Below are positions 13,520 to 26,810 of a stretch of 64,000 nt of DNA, one piece after another. This DNA is from Octopus vulgaris (Eukaryota). The notes beneath the pieces are model-generated. The model was not told the DNA's origin. It did not search any database and was given only the letters and a program-made list of their open reading frames with translations. A program made the translations under genes and the position numbers. Position 1 is the first letter of the stretch; every line of letters starts with the position of its first letter. The stretch is taken from NCBI GenBank assembly GCA_951406725.2, contig OX597817.1, forward strand, positions 15,438,001 to 15,502,000. Direction: 5' to 3'.

Positions 13520-14350
13520 TAGTTTATTGATTGAGTAGTGTTCTTCTGGTCACTTCACTGGTTGTTTCTGTTATTTTTGTGATGTAGTGTTTATATTTAT
13601 TGTAATTTTAGAGTTGTAAGGTGTGTTGTTTATTTGTTTATGACTTGTTGGTGAGTTTGTGAACCGCAACACATTTAAAAACACACGAAACACAACCAAA
13701 AACAGATGTAACTTCACAAGAACTAGAACATGCCTTTTTATCTGGTAATTGTTTACAAACAAAATAGTTTTACAAAGCAATAGATTCAGAGTAAAGAGAT
13801 ACAGAAAGAAACTACATTGGTGCCACTAGCAGAATCTTTAAAGACAGCCATATACAACATATACACACATTCCGGAACATATATAAAAGAACGCAATATA
13901 CCTCTCTAGGATTAAAGGAAAACAACATCAAAACAAACATAAAATGGAAAATTAAAGATCGTGCACCATCATATATAAACGGCGCTGGTATTTGTCGCTT
14001 CTTGAAGGCGGCGAGCTGGCAGAAACGTTAGCACGCCGGGCGAAATGCTTAGCGGTATTTCGTCTGCCGTTTCGTTGTGAGTTCAAATCTTACCGAGGTC
14101 GACTTTGCCTTTCATCCTTTCGGGGTCGATAAATTAAGTACCAGTTACGCACTGGGGTCGATATAATCGACTTAATCCGTTTGTCTGTCCTTGTTTGTCC
14201 CCTCTGTGTTTAGCCCCTTGTGGGTAATAAAGAAATAGGTATTTCTCCCTTCTACCCCACACAAAAATAACGCATAATCACACAAAATATACACTTTCTA
14301 AGTAAGAGAAATAAAATCATATAACGATGCAGACATGAACAAAATTCATT
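13520..14350 (+). pseudogene. Penelope-like element fragment (GIY-YIG C-terminus), interrupted by SINE A, with probable inverted 5' segment
   Basis: Reads RCNF..RTCLLSGNCL, YIGATSRIFKD, LKENNIKTNIKWKIKDRAPSYINGAGICR, and after the SINE LSKRNKII*RCRH; base skew flips at about 13661. Confidence 0.8.
14006..14237 (+). mobile_element. SINE family A, full length
   Basis: Consensus-like copy; TSD GGTATTT(G/C)TC(G/C)CTTCT at 13987-14002 and 14238-14253. Confidence 0.94.
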
Positions 14351-14418
14351 TAAAAAAAAATGGCTCGAAATCCAAATGAGATAAACACAACACTGAAATC
14401 CCATACCGTCAGATATAT

Positions 14419-14645
14419 ATTTCTTTACTACCCACAAGGGGCTAAACACAGAGAGGACAAACAAGGACAGACAAACGGATTAAGTCGATTATATCGACCC
14501 CAGTGCGTAACTGGTACTTAATTTATCGACCCCGAAAGGATGAAAGGCAAAGTCTACCTCGGCGGAATTTGAACTCAGAACGAAACGGCAGACGAAATAC
14601 GGCTACACATTTCGCCCGGCGCGCTAACGTTTCTGCCAACTCGCT
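14419..14645 (-). mobile_element. SINE family A, inverted relative to the 14006 copy
   Basis: Reverse complement of family A; flanking direct repeat CTGAAATCCCATAC(C/T)GT(C/T)AGATATA. Confidence 0.93.
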
Positions 14646-14862
14646 GAAATCCCATACTGTTAGATATAAACCTTACAAATTGTTGCACTCTCACACACAC
14701 ACTCATACGAATTTTAAAAAATCACGCATACTTAGCAGGCAAAACACATTCATATACTCATTACCTTGGCATAACTTTAGAAAAACGCTCTACTCATCAC
14801 ATGCCCATGGATATACGCATGCATATGCATTTGCACACGTTTATGCAAGCCCAAAGAATTTA

Positions 14863-15243
14863 GGAGCACTCCGTCGGTTACGACGATGAGGGTCCCAGCT
14901 GATACGATCAACGGAACAGCTTGCTCGTGGAATTAACGTGCAAGTGGCTGAGCATTCCACAGACACGTGTACCCTTAACGTAGTTCTCGAGGAGATTCAG
15001 CGTGACACAGAGAGTGACAAGGCCGGCCCTTTGAAATACAGGTACAACAGAAACAGTAAGAAAGAGTGAGAGAAAGTTGTGGTGAAAGAGTACAGCAGGG
15101 TTCACCACCACCCCCTGCAGGAGCCTTGTGAAGCTTTAGGTGTTTTCGTTCAATAAACACTCACAATGCCCGGTCTGGGAATCGAAACTGCGATCCTACG
15201 ACCGCGAGTCCGCTGCCCTAACCACTGGGCCATTGCGCCTTCA
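14863..15243 (-). mobile_element. SINE family C, full length
   Basis: TSD CAAGCCCAAAGAAT at 14846-14859 and 15244-15257. Confidence 0.93.
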
Positions 15244-15330
15244 CAAGCCCAAAGAATAAACAATAGGCCACCAGACATTTAACTCACTACGCACAGTCAT
15301 ACACACATACACACCAAAAGATGTAAATAC

Positions 15331-16764
15331 TGTGGTGAGGATAAGTGACCAGGAGGGAGAGGAAGTGATGTCGTGAAGGGCCCGGAAGGGGGATGAGATG
15401 ACATCGCGTCGGCGAGTGAGAGGTGGAAGACGGCCTCTTGCTTACGGGGTCTGGGGCGAGGAAGGTCGTGTGCTGCGAACATTCTGTTGTTCTTCCTCGT
15501 TTTTGCACTCCTGCCATTCCGACCACCGGCGCGCAATGATCACAAAGGTTAGAATTAGTAGTTGAGATGTGTTGAGACCGTTTACTGGGGAAAGCGATGT
15601 GGTGGCCTGGATAAAAAAAAAAGCGAGCCTCGTGGCGAAGCTGCGGGATATAGATGTGGCTAACCTTGCCTTATATCGCTGTACTTAGAAAGCAGTGCGC
15701 TGAATCTGTAGTTGAAAATGAACGAAGCGAACTAGGAGAAAGCGGGAAAAATTGAAGAGTGGCAGATGGACGCGTACACGGGGTGGGGTGGGGCCTTTGA
15801 AAGCCTACAGTAAATCCAGGAGTGTAAGATGGACGGGAAAGCGAGATTAGAAGGTTGGCGAGCCTAGCAGGGTTTTCAGAGGAAGACTGAAAGAGGCTAG
15901 TCATTGATGTGACGTATATCGGGAAAAGGTGTACCTTTCAATGGTCGACTGTGGATCGGCGCGAATGGCTATATAGAGAGAGATCAAAGCGGAGACTGCT
16001 GCTGAAGTAGCAGAAATGGTTAATGCGGTGTTGTTGGAAAAGGGGCCTGTAGACGTGCTGTTGATGGACAACAGCATATTTTTTTCGATCAGAGCAGCGG
16101 AGGGACATGCTCGAAAGATGGAGCACAAGACACTTCTTCAGAACTGCATACAGAAGCCAGATGGAATGGCACCACCGTACAATTAAAACCATGGATGAGA
16201 GGACGAATCCCCACTATGGAGGCAGTCTTCTGGTACAAACATGTCATCAAGGGTAGGGCAAGCCGAAGAGTCAGTCCCGCAAAGGACCATATTCTGGTAC
16301 AAATTGAGACACCTGAGTGTGGTGCCGCAGCAGCCAGAGGTGGAAGGGGTTGCATCTGTACAGATCAGAGACAAAGTGTGGGTAAAGCCCCCGAACGCTC
16401 GCTGCTCAACGCAGTCGGAACAAGGAAAAGTGGCCGCGATCAGTACTCCGAATAATCTATCAGTAGATGGAGCACCGCGTCACGTTCTGGATATTCGAAG
16501 AGTGATTAACTCATCCGATGACGGAGGGGAAGGAGAAGCTGGCCCCGTGACCCTACGGAGATCTCAAAGGGAACGTCGCTCCCACCCAAGTGGATGGACG
16601 ATTACGAAACAGAATAGGGGAGGAGTGATCTTTAGATCAGAGGGGCGTGTGGTGGAAGGATAAGTAATTGGAAGGGAGAGGGAATGACGTCGCAAAGGGA
16701 CCGGAAGGGAGACGAGCTGATGTCACGTCGGCGAGCGAAAGGTGAAAGACGGCCTCTTGCTAAC
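15331..16764 (+). mobile_element. Internally deleted Gypsy LTR retrotransposon (gag fused to integrase remnant)
   Basis: Diverged direct repeats starting TGTGGTG at 15331 and 16648, the second preceded by purine tract AGAGGGGCG; gag-like PFTGESDVVAWIKK and EIRRLASLAGF; integrase-like YLSMVDCG...LLMDNS; no protease/RT/RNase H seen. Confidence 0.8.
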
Positions 16765-16929
16765 AGCCGTGGCATAATATTGCTTGCTGGTGAGCAATCG
16801 GCAGAGTCAACATGTGATTACAACCAAATGATTTTGGCTAATTGTTCCCGATTGCAACTCGAGGTAAGATAAACTTTAATTCGTGCCTTAAAAACCACAA
16901 ATACAGCACTAAAACGCAGTTGTCACAGT

Positions 16930-16972
16930 TCTCGCCTGAAGATCGCAATGGCGAGAAATTCGAGTCGCGAGA
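16930..16972 (+). ncRNA. Minimal type I hammerhead ribozyme (Penelope-type)
   Basis: Stem I TCTCGC/GCGAGA, core CTGAAGA, stem II TCGC-AATG-GCGA, GAAA, stem III AT-TCGA-GT, cleavage triplet GTC ending at 16966. Confidence 0.85.
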
Positions 16973-17020
16973 CAAACTCTCAGTGTTTCAGTTTCAATGA
17001 AAACTTTACGCATGCGCGCG

Positions 17021-17121
<101 letters not shown>

Positions 17122-17908
17122 CAATTACTTAAAAAAACCGGTAAGAAACGGACAAAATCACTACAAATTCAGGAACACAATCAAAACAACAAACTTTAAA
17201 AAACATTTTTAAGGCTCGTTTGTTGATCGCTCCTTTGAGAATAAGTACTCGGGTTTCTTCTCCAATCAGCAGCATAGGTCAGCTGCTGTATAGTCATAAA
17301 TTAAAGACATCACACTAATGGATAACTTAATTTGTATATTTGCGCTTTTAATGGCTCGTCATGAATTAAATAATATCAATTTAATGCACAACGCTACGTA
17401 ACCAGAAGAACTACCATAATTGCTACTGGTTAGGGAAGAAAACCAGACATGTTTTCTTTGGGGAATGGTCAACGACCCCTCCCTCTTTTTCCACACACCA
17501 ATAGCACAGAAAGAATGTATTTTCATACGTATTACACTCACAGTAAAGCTTTCTAATATTTAAATATTAGAAGGTTTTACTTTAAAGAATCGCACTAACA
17601 GCAGCAACGACCTTGTACATTCGCCTAAATTAAATTTTCAGCCCAGCAGTGAATGACCAGTTTTCGACAAAAAAGACAGCAATGTTCTACTTCTACCGCT
17701 GGAGCAGTAAACATATCAGCATACAATGTTGGTCTCTCGGTATGTAACCTTTTCTCGAATGACAAGTCCTGTTTTTAAAAGTGTTATGTGACGACAGACT
17801 ACGCAAACGAAATTTTCTTTGCATATTTTACCATCAATATCATGTAGTTCTCGAAGATTGCGAAGATTTTATGGACAATTCGAACTTTCTGAAACTGCAA
17901 TTTGCTTC

Positions 17909-18124
17909 TTATTTCTTTATTGCCCACAAGGGGCTAAACATAGGGGGGGACAAACAAGTACAGACAAATGAATTAAGTGTGTAACTGGTACTTAATTTAT
18001 AGACCCCGAAAGGATGAAAGGCAAAGTCGACCTCGGCAAAATTTGAACTCAGAACGCAGCGGTGGACGAAATACCACAAAGCATTTCGCCTGGCTTGCTA
18101 TCGTTTCTGCCAGCTAGCCGCCTT
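17909..18124 (-). mobile_element. SINE family A
   Basis: Family A body and head; flanking direct repeat AACTGCAATTTGCTTCT. Confidence 0.9.
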
Positions 18125-19457
18125 AACTGCAATTTGCTTCTGTTCAGTGCGCAGTGTTCCCAATGAATAGTACTGAAGTTAATGGACTTAAGATTTTTCT
18201 TTTCTTCTTTTGGTGTCATGAAACCGCTCTTTTGGTTTGTGCTGAGGATGCTTACCAAGAACTAATTCTCCCATAAAGTAAACTCTTCGGAGGCCTGAAA
18301 ACATCAATTCGTATATGATACTTGAAAAGGTGAACTTCTAAGCAGTGATAGACCATCTTTTCTTGTATTTATATGTCATGTATAAAAGATTTCCAATAAA
18401 AGGATTTTGAAGAAGATCTGATTAAAGCAAATCTCTGTTCAGAAACGGAGATGAATAGTAGCAGAATAGCAAGGACCAAATATGCTCTAACAATCTGTAA
18501 GTTATACTGGAGCATTTTTTGTTAAAGACCAAGTGACTAAGCTTAGCTCAACAACCACCTCATGTGCTCCCCCCACCCAGTTCCTTCTGTAAAGTTGATT
18601 TATGGTGCTTTAATAATTCCTGTCTTCAAATTAAGATAGAACAATTGTTTATGTAATTTTTGTTTTATGGCTACATGTTCACATATTCCTGAAATAATTT
18701 CATTGAACTAATTTTTGTTTTTGCAAGCCCTGAAGCCCAAAATTTTAGCATTGATGACATAAACGTTTGAAGTCTGGCCACAAAACATATCAAGACAATT
18801 TGATAGAGTTTGAGGGAAAGCAGATATTGCTGGTTCTCAGAGTTTATCAACATCAGCTATTGCGGTACCTTCGTATAATTTGCAATAAACTTTCCCCTTA
18901 CTATTTATAAGAAGTTTCAGCTTCGGGCAGACTCGGTAGTCTTCTACCCAAACCGTAACCTCACGCAAAACTACAGAGATCACTACGTCACAGTTATGTA
19001 TTATGATAAAGTCAATAAGATGACTCTATTTCGACCGGAGATAGGCCCAGGTAACTTTACGCCTATTAAGTACCAACTCGGAATATTGATGCACCAGTCG
19101 TAAACCACTACTGTTCGTTTCAGCTGTGCAGAAGCGTCCCAAACTAAATAATGTATTGTGACCTTCTCTGGTATTAGAGCCACTAAATAAAATGATTTTG
19201 TTGTCAGTTAGTATAGAAGGATTGGCATTTCTAAGATTCTCGTAGGAAAGTGATAAAGTTTCCTCTGTGGACTGAATAGTTGATGGATACACTGAGAAGT
19301 ATCATGTGACCCACGAAATAACAGACGGGGGAAGTTCCTAGGTGAGCTGTTTCGATGGAGGATTCGCATACCAAGATACATACCTCAGATGCTTTTGAAT
19401 ACATTGTCAGTGATGTTTTTGAAGTTCAAGTGGGTTTCGGCTCTTTCAACACCAAAT

Positions 19458-19831
19458 CCCGTTACCCACTTGGCCCTGCGTCCCCAAAGTCCATCCCCTC
19501 CTCACCGTGGTGGGGACGCTAGTAACGGGTAGTGTCAGAGCTATGCCGTCGGGAACTTCGGTTCCTGGTAGGGCCACCCAAGGCGGATTGGTCTGACACC
19601 GCGTGGTATTAGGGCCACAACCCGGCAGACGGGGCTCTGGTGAAAATCCTCGGAGTGTCTGCTTCGGCGGCAACCGGCGGCTCCTCGGTCGTTCTGTCCC
19701 TGCGTCTGCGGACAATCTGCGGGATTGTTGGGGACCGCTTGTGAAATCCACATATTCCCACGAAACTTCTTGCATGAGTAGAAGCCGACTCAACCCGCCC
19801 AGGGTGAATGTCGCCACAAGTAAGTAAGTAA
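19458..19831 (+). mobile_element. Short non-autonomous RTE-type element with (AAGT)n tail
   Basis: GC-rich island; AGAGCTATGCCG...CCTGGTAGGGCCACCCAAGGCGGATTGGTC resembles RTE/BovB 5' UTR sequence; ends AAGTAAGTAAGTAA. Confidence 0.6.
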
Positions 19832-20680
19832 AGTGCAGCAGGGGTTGATCAATCGCCGACATGTATTTCAATAGCAATAAGTCATTTGTATCCTCTTTAT
19901 CGACAACCACATAGTGGCTTTCTGTGTGACCGCAGCGATGGAAAGTATGCCTCACTTTTTCACCTCACTCGTGAGTTCAAGCTCAACCAAAGCTTGCAGG
20001 TAGAGCGTTCCACGAAATTCTGATAGTTCACTTTAGTTGGCTCTCGGCGTACCTTGCCAACATCGGCTTCTGCATTACTACTGGTATTTGGCAAGCTTCA
20101 TCTCGTTGAACCACTTTCAAGTGTTCTTGCCAGGGTACACTGACTTTCTTCTGCTTAATCACTTGCTAGGTGGAATCTGAAAAGATCTTATCTGGAAGGT
20201 GTGTTATTTGTATGAGGTGAGCAGGGAACCTTTACTTGTATTCCAAGATCTATTCTCAACTGGTCTTGTTTATGGTAGTGAAAAGAACTTTCCTTCGGCT
20301 TTGAGAAAAGAAATTGTTTTCTTCTTGGCGTTTTGTTTTCTGGCCTGAACAGCTGTGGTGGCTGCTTTGACAACTGCCTTCAGTTCTTTTCACTTTTCAG
20401 CACTAAGTTAGAGTATTTATTTTTGCTGCTGTTGTTTAACAAGTGCCGTCTGAGAGAGATTATACGACATTCGAAGGCTATCTGCCCCGATCTCGAGCTT
20501 CCGTTTTCTTCGTCTCCTCTTAGGTAGAGCCTGTTGATATTACTATTTCTGTGGAGATTTCCAGTTGAAGTATGTATGATCAACAAGTGGGTATGTATGT
20601 ATGCATGCATGCATGTATGTATGTATGTATGTATGTATGTATGTATGTATGTATGTATGTATGTATGTATGTATGTATGT

Positions 20681-21275
20681 AGGTCACTTTCGAGTGCTAC
20701 TGGTAACATGTAACCCATGACAACCTGTTGCATGGTCGGGCCGTCGGCGACTAAACCGGCAACCCCGCCAAGCTTGCTTGGTGAGGAGGGTGTTTATTGG
20801 GATGAAAAACAAAACTCGTCAAAGGGCGGAGGAACTCTTGATAGTGAACGGTCATCCAATAAATGTCTTAAGGCTGTATCATGCGCGGGGACATAGAAAT
20901 AATCGGACTGAATACCCGATCGCGCGGTTAAACCATTGGGAGTGAAGGACTCCTAGCCTTTGTTAGGGGAAGGTAACTCAGGTAATTGGGATAACTCCGA
21001 CCTAAAACCTGCGGCTCAGTGGTTACCGATGATGTTGACTTGTTCTTCTTTTCGGATCATGGCTGCTGTTGCTTAGTGAGTGGGATTGACTCAGTGCACA
21101 GCCTTTCCTCACTTGAAAAAAAAATCTTCTTGCACAGGCATTGCACGATAACAACATTGTTCATGATTGTTGATGGTGCTGTGAGTCTCAACTGAATGGC
21201 TGGCTGTAGCCTTAAAAAGCAAATAAAAGTCACATTCGATCACAGCACCAATAACAGTTAAGCTTCGTGCAATAG
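20681..21275 (+). mobile_element. About 595-bp non-coding element embedded between (TATG)n arrays
   Basis: Flanked by (TATG)n on both sides; 5' end homologous to 1-268; 3' stem GGTGCTGTGA/TCACAGCACC. Confidence 0.6.
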
Positions 21276-21927
21276 TATGTATGTATGTATGTATGTATGT
21301 ATGTATGTATGTATGTATGTATGTATGTATGTATGTATGTATGTATTATGTATGTATATATGTATGTATGTATTATGTATGTATATATGTATGTATGTAC
21401 GTACGTTTGTATGTATGTACGTACGTTTGTACGTACGTTTGTATGTATGTATGTATGTATGTATGTATGTATGTATGTATGTATGTATGCATGTATGCAT
21501 GTATGCATGTATGCATGTATGTATGTATGTATGTATGTATGTATGCATGTATGCATGTATGTATGTATGTATGTATGTATGTATGTATGTATTATGTATG
21601 TATGTATGTATGTATGTATTATGTATGTATGTATTATGTATGTATGTATGTATTATGTATGTATGTATGTATTATGTATGTATGTATGTATGTATGTATT
21701 ATGTATGTATTATGTATGTATGTATGTATGTATGTATGTATTATGTATGTATGTATGTATGTATGTATGTATTATGTATGTATGTATTATGTATTATGTA
21801 TTATGTATGTATGTATGTATGTATGTATTATGTATGTATGTATGTATGTATGTACGTACGTTTGTATGTATGTACGTACGTTTGTATGTATGTATGTATG
21901 TATGTATGTATGTATGTATGTATGTAT
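21276..21927. repeat. Long (TATG)n array with TAT and TACG interruptions
   Basis: Direct reading. Confidence 0.97.
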
Positions 21928-22519
21928 GCGTGCAGATTTGTATGTTTTGCTTAATATATGTATTTTCATCCATATAGTTGCATATCTAAATATGCTCATT
22001 TATATTTAAATGATAAACTTCTGGAAAGTTTTACAGATTTTTACAGTTCCAGTGATGGATTGGATCTGTACTCTTCAAATTAGCTTTCTCCTTTCTGGTT
22101 TTGAGAAGCCTAATTTCTCAAGATTGGTATTCAGACAGTGTGTTACATATTCCAGGTCCCCAATACTTACGGGTATAAACATGAACTTATAATCTGGATA
22201 GAGTAACTGCAGATTTCTCAATAGTTCAGCATAGGTGTTCCCTTTTTCACTGATCTTCAGTTTTATGTTAACATCCGCTGGTCAGCTAATTTCCACAACT
22301 GTGTATGTATGTATGTATGTATGTATGTATGTATGTATGTATGTATGTATGTATGTATGTATGTATGTATGTATGTACGTATGTATGTATGTATGTATTT
22401 TATGGATGGATGGATGGATGGATGTGTGTATTTGTGTGTATGTGTGTACAGTCGCATTTATAAGTATACATGTGTGTGTGTGTGTGTGAGAAATATATTT
22501 ATATGTATCATTAATCATT

Positions 22520-22724
22520 TTTCATTTTTTACTTGTTTCAAACATTGGACTGCGGCCATGGTGGAACACTGTCTCGAAGGGTTTAGCCGAACAAATCGAA
22601 CTCCATAACTTATTTTCTAAGCCTGGTACTGAGTCGATCAATCTCTTTTGCCGAACCGCTAGATTTCTGGGAGGTAAGAAAAAAAAACAGCTGTGAAACT
22701 GTAGTGGGGGACAAACAAATATAC

Positions 22725-22730
<6 letters not shown>
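22520..22730 (-). mobile_element. 3' half of SINE family B
   Basis: TTACTTGTTTCAAACATTGGACTGCGGCCATG and TCTTTTGCCGAACCGCTA match family B. Confidence 0.75.
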
Positions 22731-22760
<30 letters not shown>

Positions 22761-23037
22761 GTATAAGAAAAATAGAAGTCGAAAATGCACTGAGACTAGT
22801 TAAAATATTTTTTATCAATATATTTAAAGCTCTAACCGGTTTCACAGTTTACACAGATTTTCAAAAAGTTCAAACAGAAAGACGTGGCTTATGTCGCAGC
22901 TGTCTAACTTCTGACTTGTGTTTGAAGCTTTCCCTGTTTCTATAGGGAGCTTGTGGCTCAAATTAGTATATGTCTTGAATAGGATTTGATCGGTAGAGAA
23001 TAGTGACATGACTGGTCTTAGAAATTTTTGGTCTTAG

Positions 23038-23076
<39 letters not shown>

Positions 23077-23231
23077 TATATAAAATCACAATAAGGGTGA
23101 AAAAAATTGGATATTAATTAGTAACATCAATTCAAGCACCAAGTGGCCTAGCGTATAAAATGACTGGGATACAGTAAAAATTATTAATACAATAAGAGAG
23201 AGTCCACATGTGGTCACTCTCTTATTACTTG

Positions 23232-23320
<89 letters not shown>

Positions 23321-23704
23321 TGTGTGTGTATGTATGTATGCATGTATGTATGTATGTATGTATGTATGTATGTATGTATGTATAAGAGAGTTTGTATGTG
23401 TGTATATGTGTGTATGTGTGCGAATGTTCCTTTTGCATTCCCAAACCGAGTTGCCGACTTTGACGTATGGGGTCTCAAAAGATTCAGTAGACTTTTGGCT
23501 ACCAAATAAACTATATTTTAATCCACATATTTGCATTACAAAAATTTAACCTTGTCATTTTTCTTTTAGTCACCTATCGTAAACATTTTATATCACCACT
23601 ACAACGAGAATGACGTCGCATTTTCTATATGAGCGTGTTTCGTGCGTTCGTTACCTACGTTACGCCGATGACTGACAAGTATGTGTGTGTGACGGTATAT
23701 GTCT

Positions 23705-23935
23705 GGCGGCGAGCTAGTAGAAACGTTAGCACGCCGGGCGAAATGCTTATCGGTGTTTCGTCTGCCGTTACGTTCCGAGTTCAAATTCCGCCGAGGTCGA
23801 CTTTGCCTTTCATCCTTTCGGGGTCGATAAATTAATTACCAGTTACGCACTGTGGTCGATGTAATCGACTTAATCCACTTGTCTGTCTTTGTTTGTCCCC
23901 TCTGTGTTTGGCCCCTTGTGGGTAATAAAGAAATA
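23705..23935 (+). mobile_element. SINE family A, full length
   Basis: Consensus-like copy. Confidence 0.93.
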
Positions 23936-23974
23936 TGTATATGTGTCTGTTAGTGTACATACATTTTTATGACA

Positions 23975-24149
23975 TTGTAGTGGGGGTAGGCCGGGTAACC
24001 CTGGGTTTCTCGCTCACAACGGGTTTAGCCTTACGGCGTACCTTCAGATCCCAAACACTGCTGGCCTGAGACCCCTTTAGCTGTAGGGCTAAACCCCTTA
24101 TGAGCCAGAAACCCAGGGTAACCCCATAAACCGGCCAACCCAACTATAA
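23975..24149. mobile_element. Palindromic MITE-like element
   Basis: Imperfect inverted arms: ACCCTGGGTTTCT/AGAAACCCAGGGT, GGGTTTAGCC/GGCTAAACCC, GGCCGG/CCGGCC. Confidence 0.7.
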
Positions 24150-24306
24150 TATTAACTGCTTTACATCTTAGAGCGTGCTTCTCCTCCGGATTTATGTTTT
24201 TCTACAAACGATATATATATATTTTTCTATTCCTGAGCGTTATACTAATACATCTGTTTGTTTTGTACACCACCCGACTTCGTCTTTTGTTTTTTTCGTA
24301 AACTCT

Positions 24307-25125
<819 letters not shown>

Positions 25126-26236
25126 ACACACATATATTCAAATACATTTACATACACACCCACGCACACAATCACATACACACACATACTATGTGAATGA
25201 AGACAGCGTGGTATATCTTATAATGCTGAGAATATTGATTTGTATTCAGACAGAAACGTCTGATTCCAGGTATGTTATGTACTGTGAAAGTAAAGCGATT
25301 TATGTGCTTCGGTAAAATACCTGTTTGTGTAGAAAATAGCGTTATTAGGCTGCCAAATAGTTAAATGGAAATTAAATCCACTTAAGTGTGGTTATAGTTG
25401 TCTACGTGTACGGGTGCGTATACGTAGTGGTGGAGGTAGCTCTGTAAGTTTTTGCCAGAACCCAAAAATAACAACGTGCGAAAACGAAAAAACTGCAAAT
25501 GAGGTGTATCAAGTGACAACGGGAGTTTGACTCATAGGTATAGCATCCAAACATCAAAGAAAAATATTCTTGTTTTGTAGCTTGGTATCCAAGTCCAATG
25601 GAATCAACATCCACAGAGAGAGAGAGAGGGGGGGAGAGAAAGAGACAGAGAGATAGACAGAGAGAGAGAAGGAGGAGATAGAGGGAGAGAGGGTGTGAGT
25701 GAGTTGTAGTTATTTTGTGGTTCAATTGTTGAATATATAGGTTTTAAAATTTTGTAAAAGTAAAACGTTACTGTTTTAGACTTCTAAAATAAACATCCAA
25801 AAGTTTGCTTTTAGAATCGTAGGAGGAGAGAGAGAGAGAGAGAAAGAGAGGGGGAGTGAGAGGGAGAGAAAAAAATAACGTAAGTTTTATATATATATTT
25901 CCCCCCTAGCTCAATGCTGCTTTACTTTCCTAATTTCATATACATGTACAAGGCCTGAAATTTGGGGGAAGATCATGGTCGGTTATACCCGATTCCAGTA
26001 ATAGACAGAGGCTTTATTTAAGCGGCCGTGGAAAGATGAATGTAAAAGTTGACCTCTATCACATACAAATTCAAAACGGAAAGGACTGCTGTTAAAAATA
26101 CTGGTCTCAGATTTTGGCCCAATGCTAGCAATTTTAAGGGAATGGTAACTCGATTATATTGACCCCAGTGCAGTGCCGTCTTATGGCATGGGATACAGGG
26201 GTCCATTTCTGATTTCTATATGCCGTGGCTTGCAAT

Positions 26237-26460
26237 GAGCTGGCAGAAACGTTAGCACGCCGGGCGAAATGCGTAGCCGTATTTTGTCTGCCGTTTCGTT
26301 CTGAGTTCAAATTCCGCCGAGGTCGACTTTGCCTTTCATCCTTTCGGGGTCGATTAAATAAGTACCAGTTACGCACTGGGTTCGATATAATCGACTTAAT
26401 CCGTTTGTCTGTCCTTGTTTGTCCTCTCTGTGTTTAGCCCCTTGTGGGTAGTAAAGAAAG
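26237..26460 (+). mobile_element. SINE family A (a diverged minus-strand copy follows at 26553-26690)
   Basis: Family A head and body. Confidence 0.92.
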
Positions 26461-26810
26461 AAATATATGAACACTATAGGCTCTAGTGCACTGATTTACC
26501 TAGGGGTCTATAATGCTGCTAAGACGGTCCTGCCCCAGGGTTCAGCTGATACTTATTTTATCGACCTCGAAAGGACGAAAGGCAAAGTCGACCACGGCGG
26601 AATCTGAACCCAGAACGTAAAGAACCGGAAGGAATTTCACTAAACATTTTGTCCGACTCGCTAATGATTCGACCGGCTCGCCGCTTTAAGCTGTTATTAA
26701 ATGTTACATAATATTTTGTCCGACGCTCTAACACTTTTGTCAATCCAAGGAAAATATTGCCTCGTCAAAAATAATGAATATATCTTTTTATCACTTCCCA
26801 AACAGAATTT

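Noticed and set aside
18250-20560. Faint hAT transposase (18250-18650) and Gypsy gag (20000-20560) traces; similar traces near 2170-2350, 5760-6060, 31520-33900 and 35540-35900
   Set aside because: Too degenerate to delimit or classify by eye; a translated HMM search is needed.
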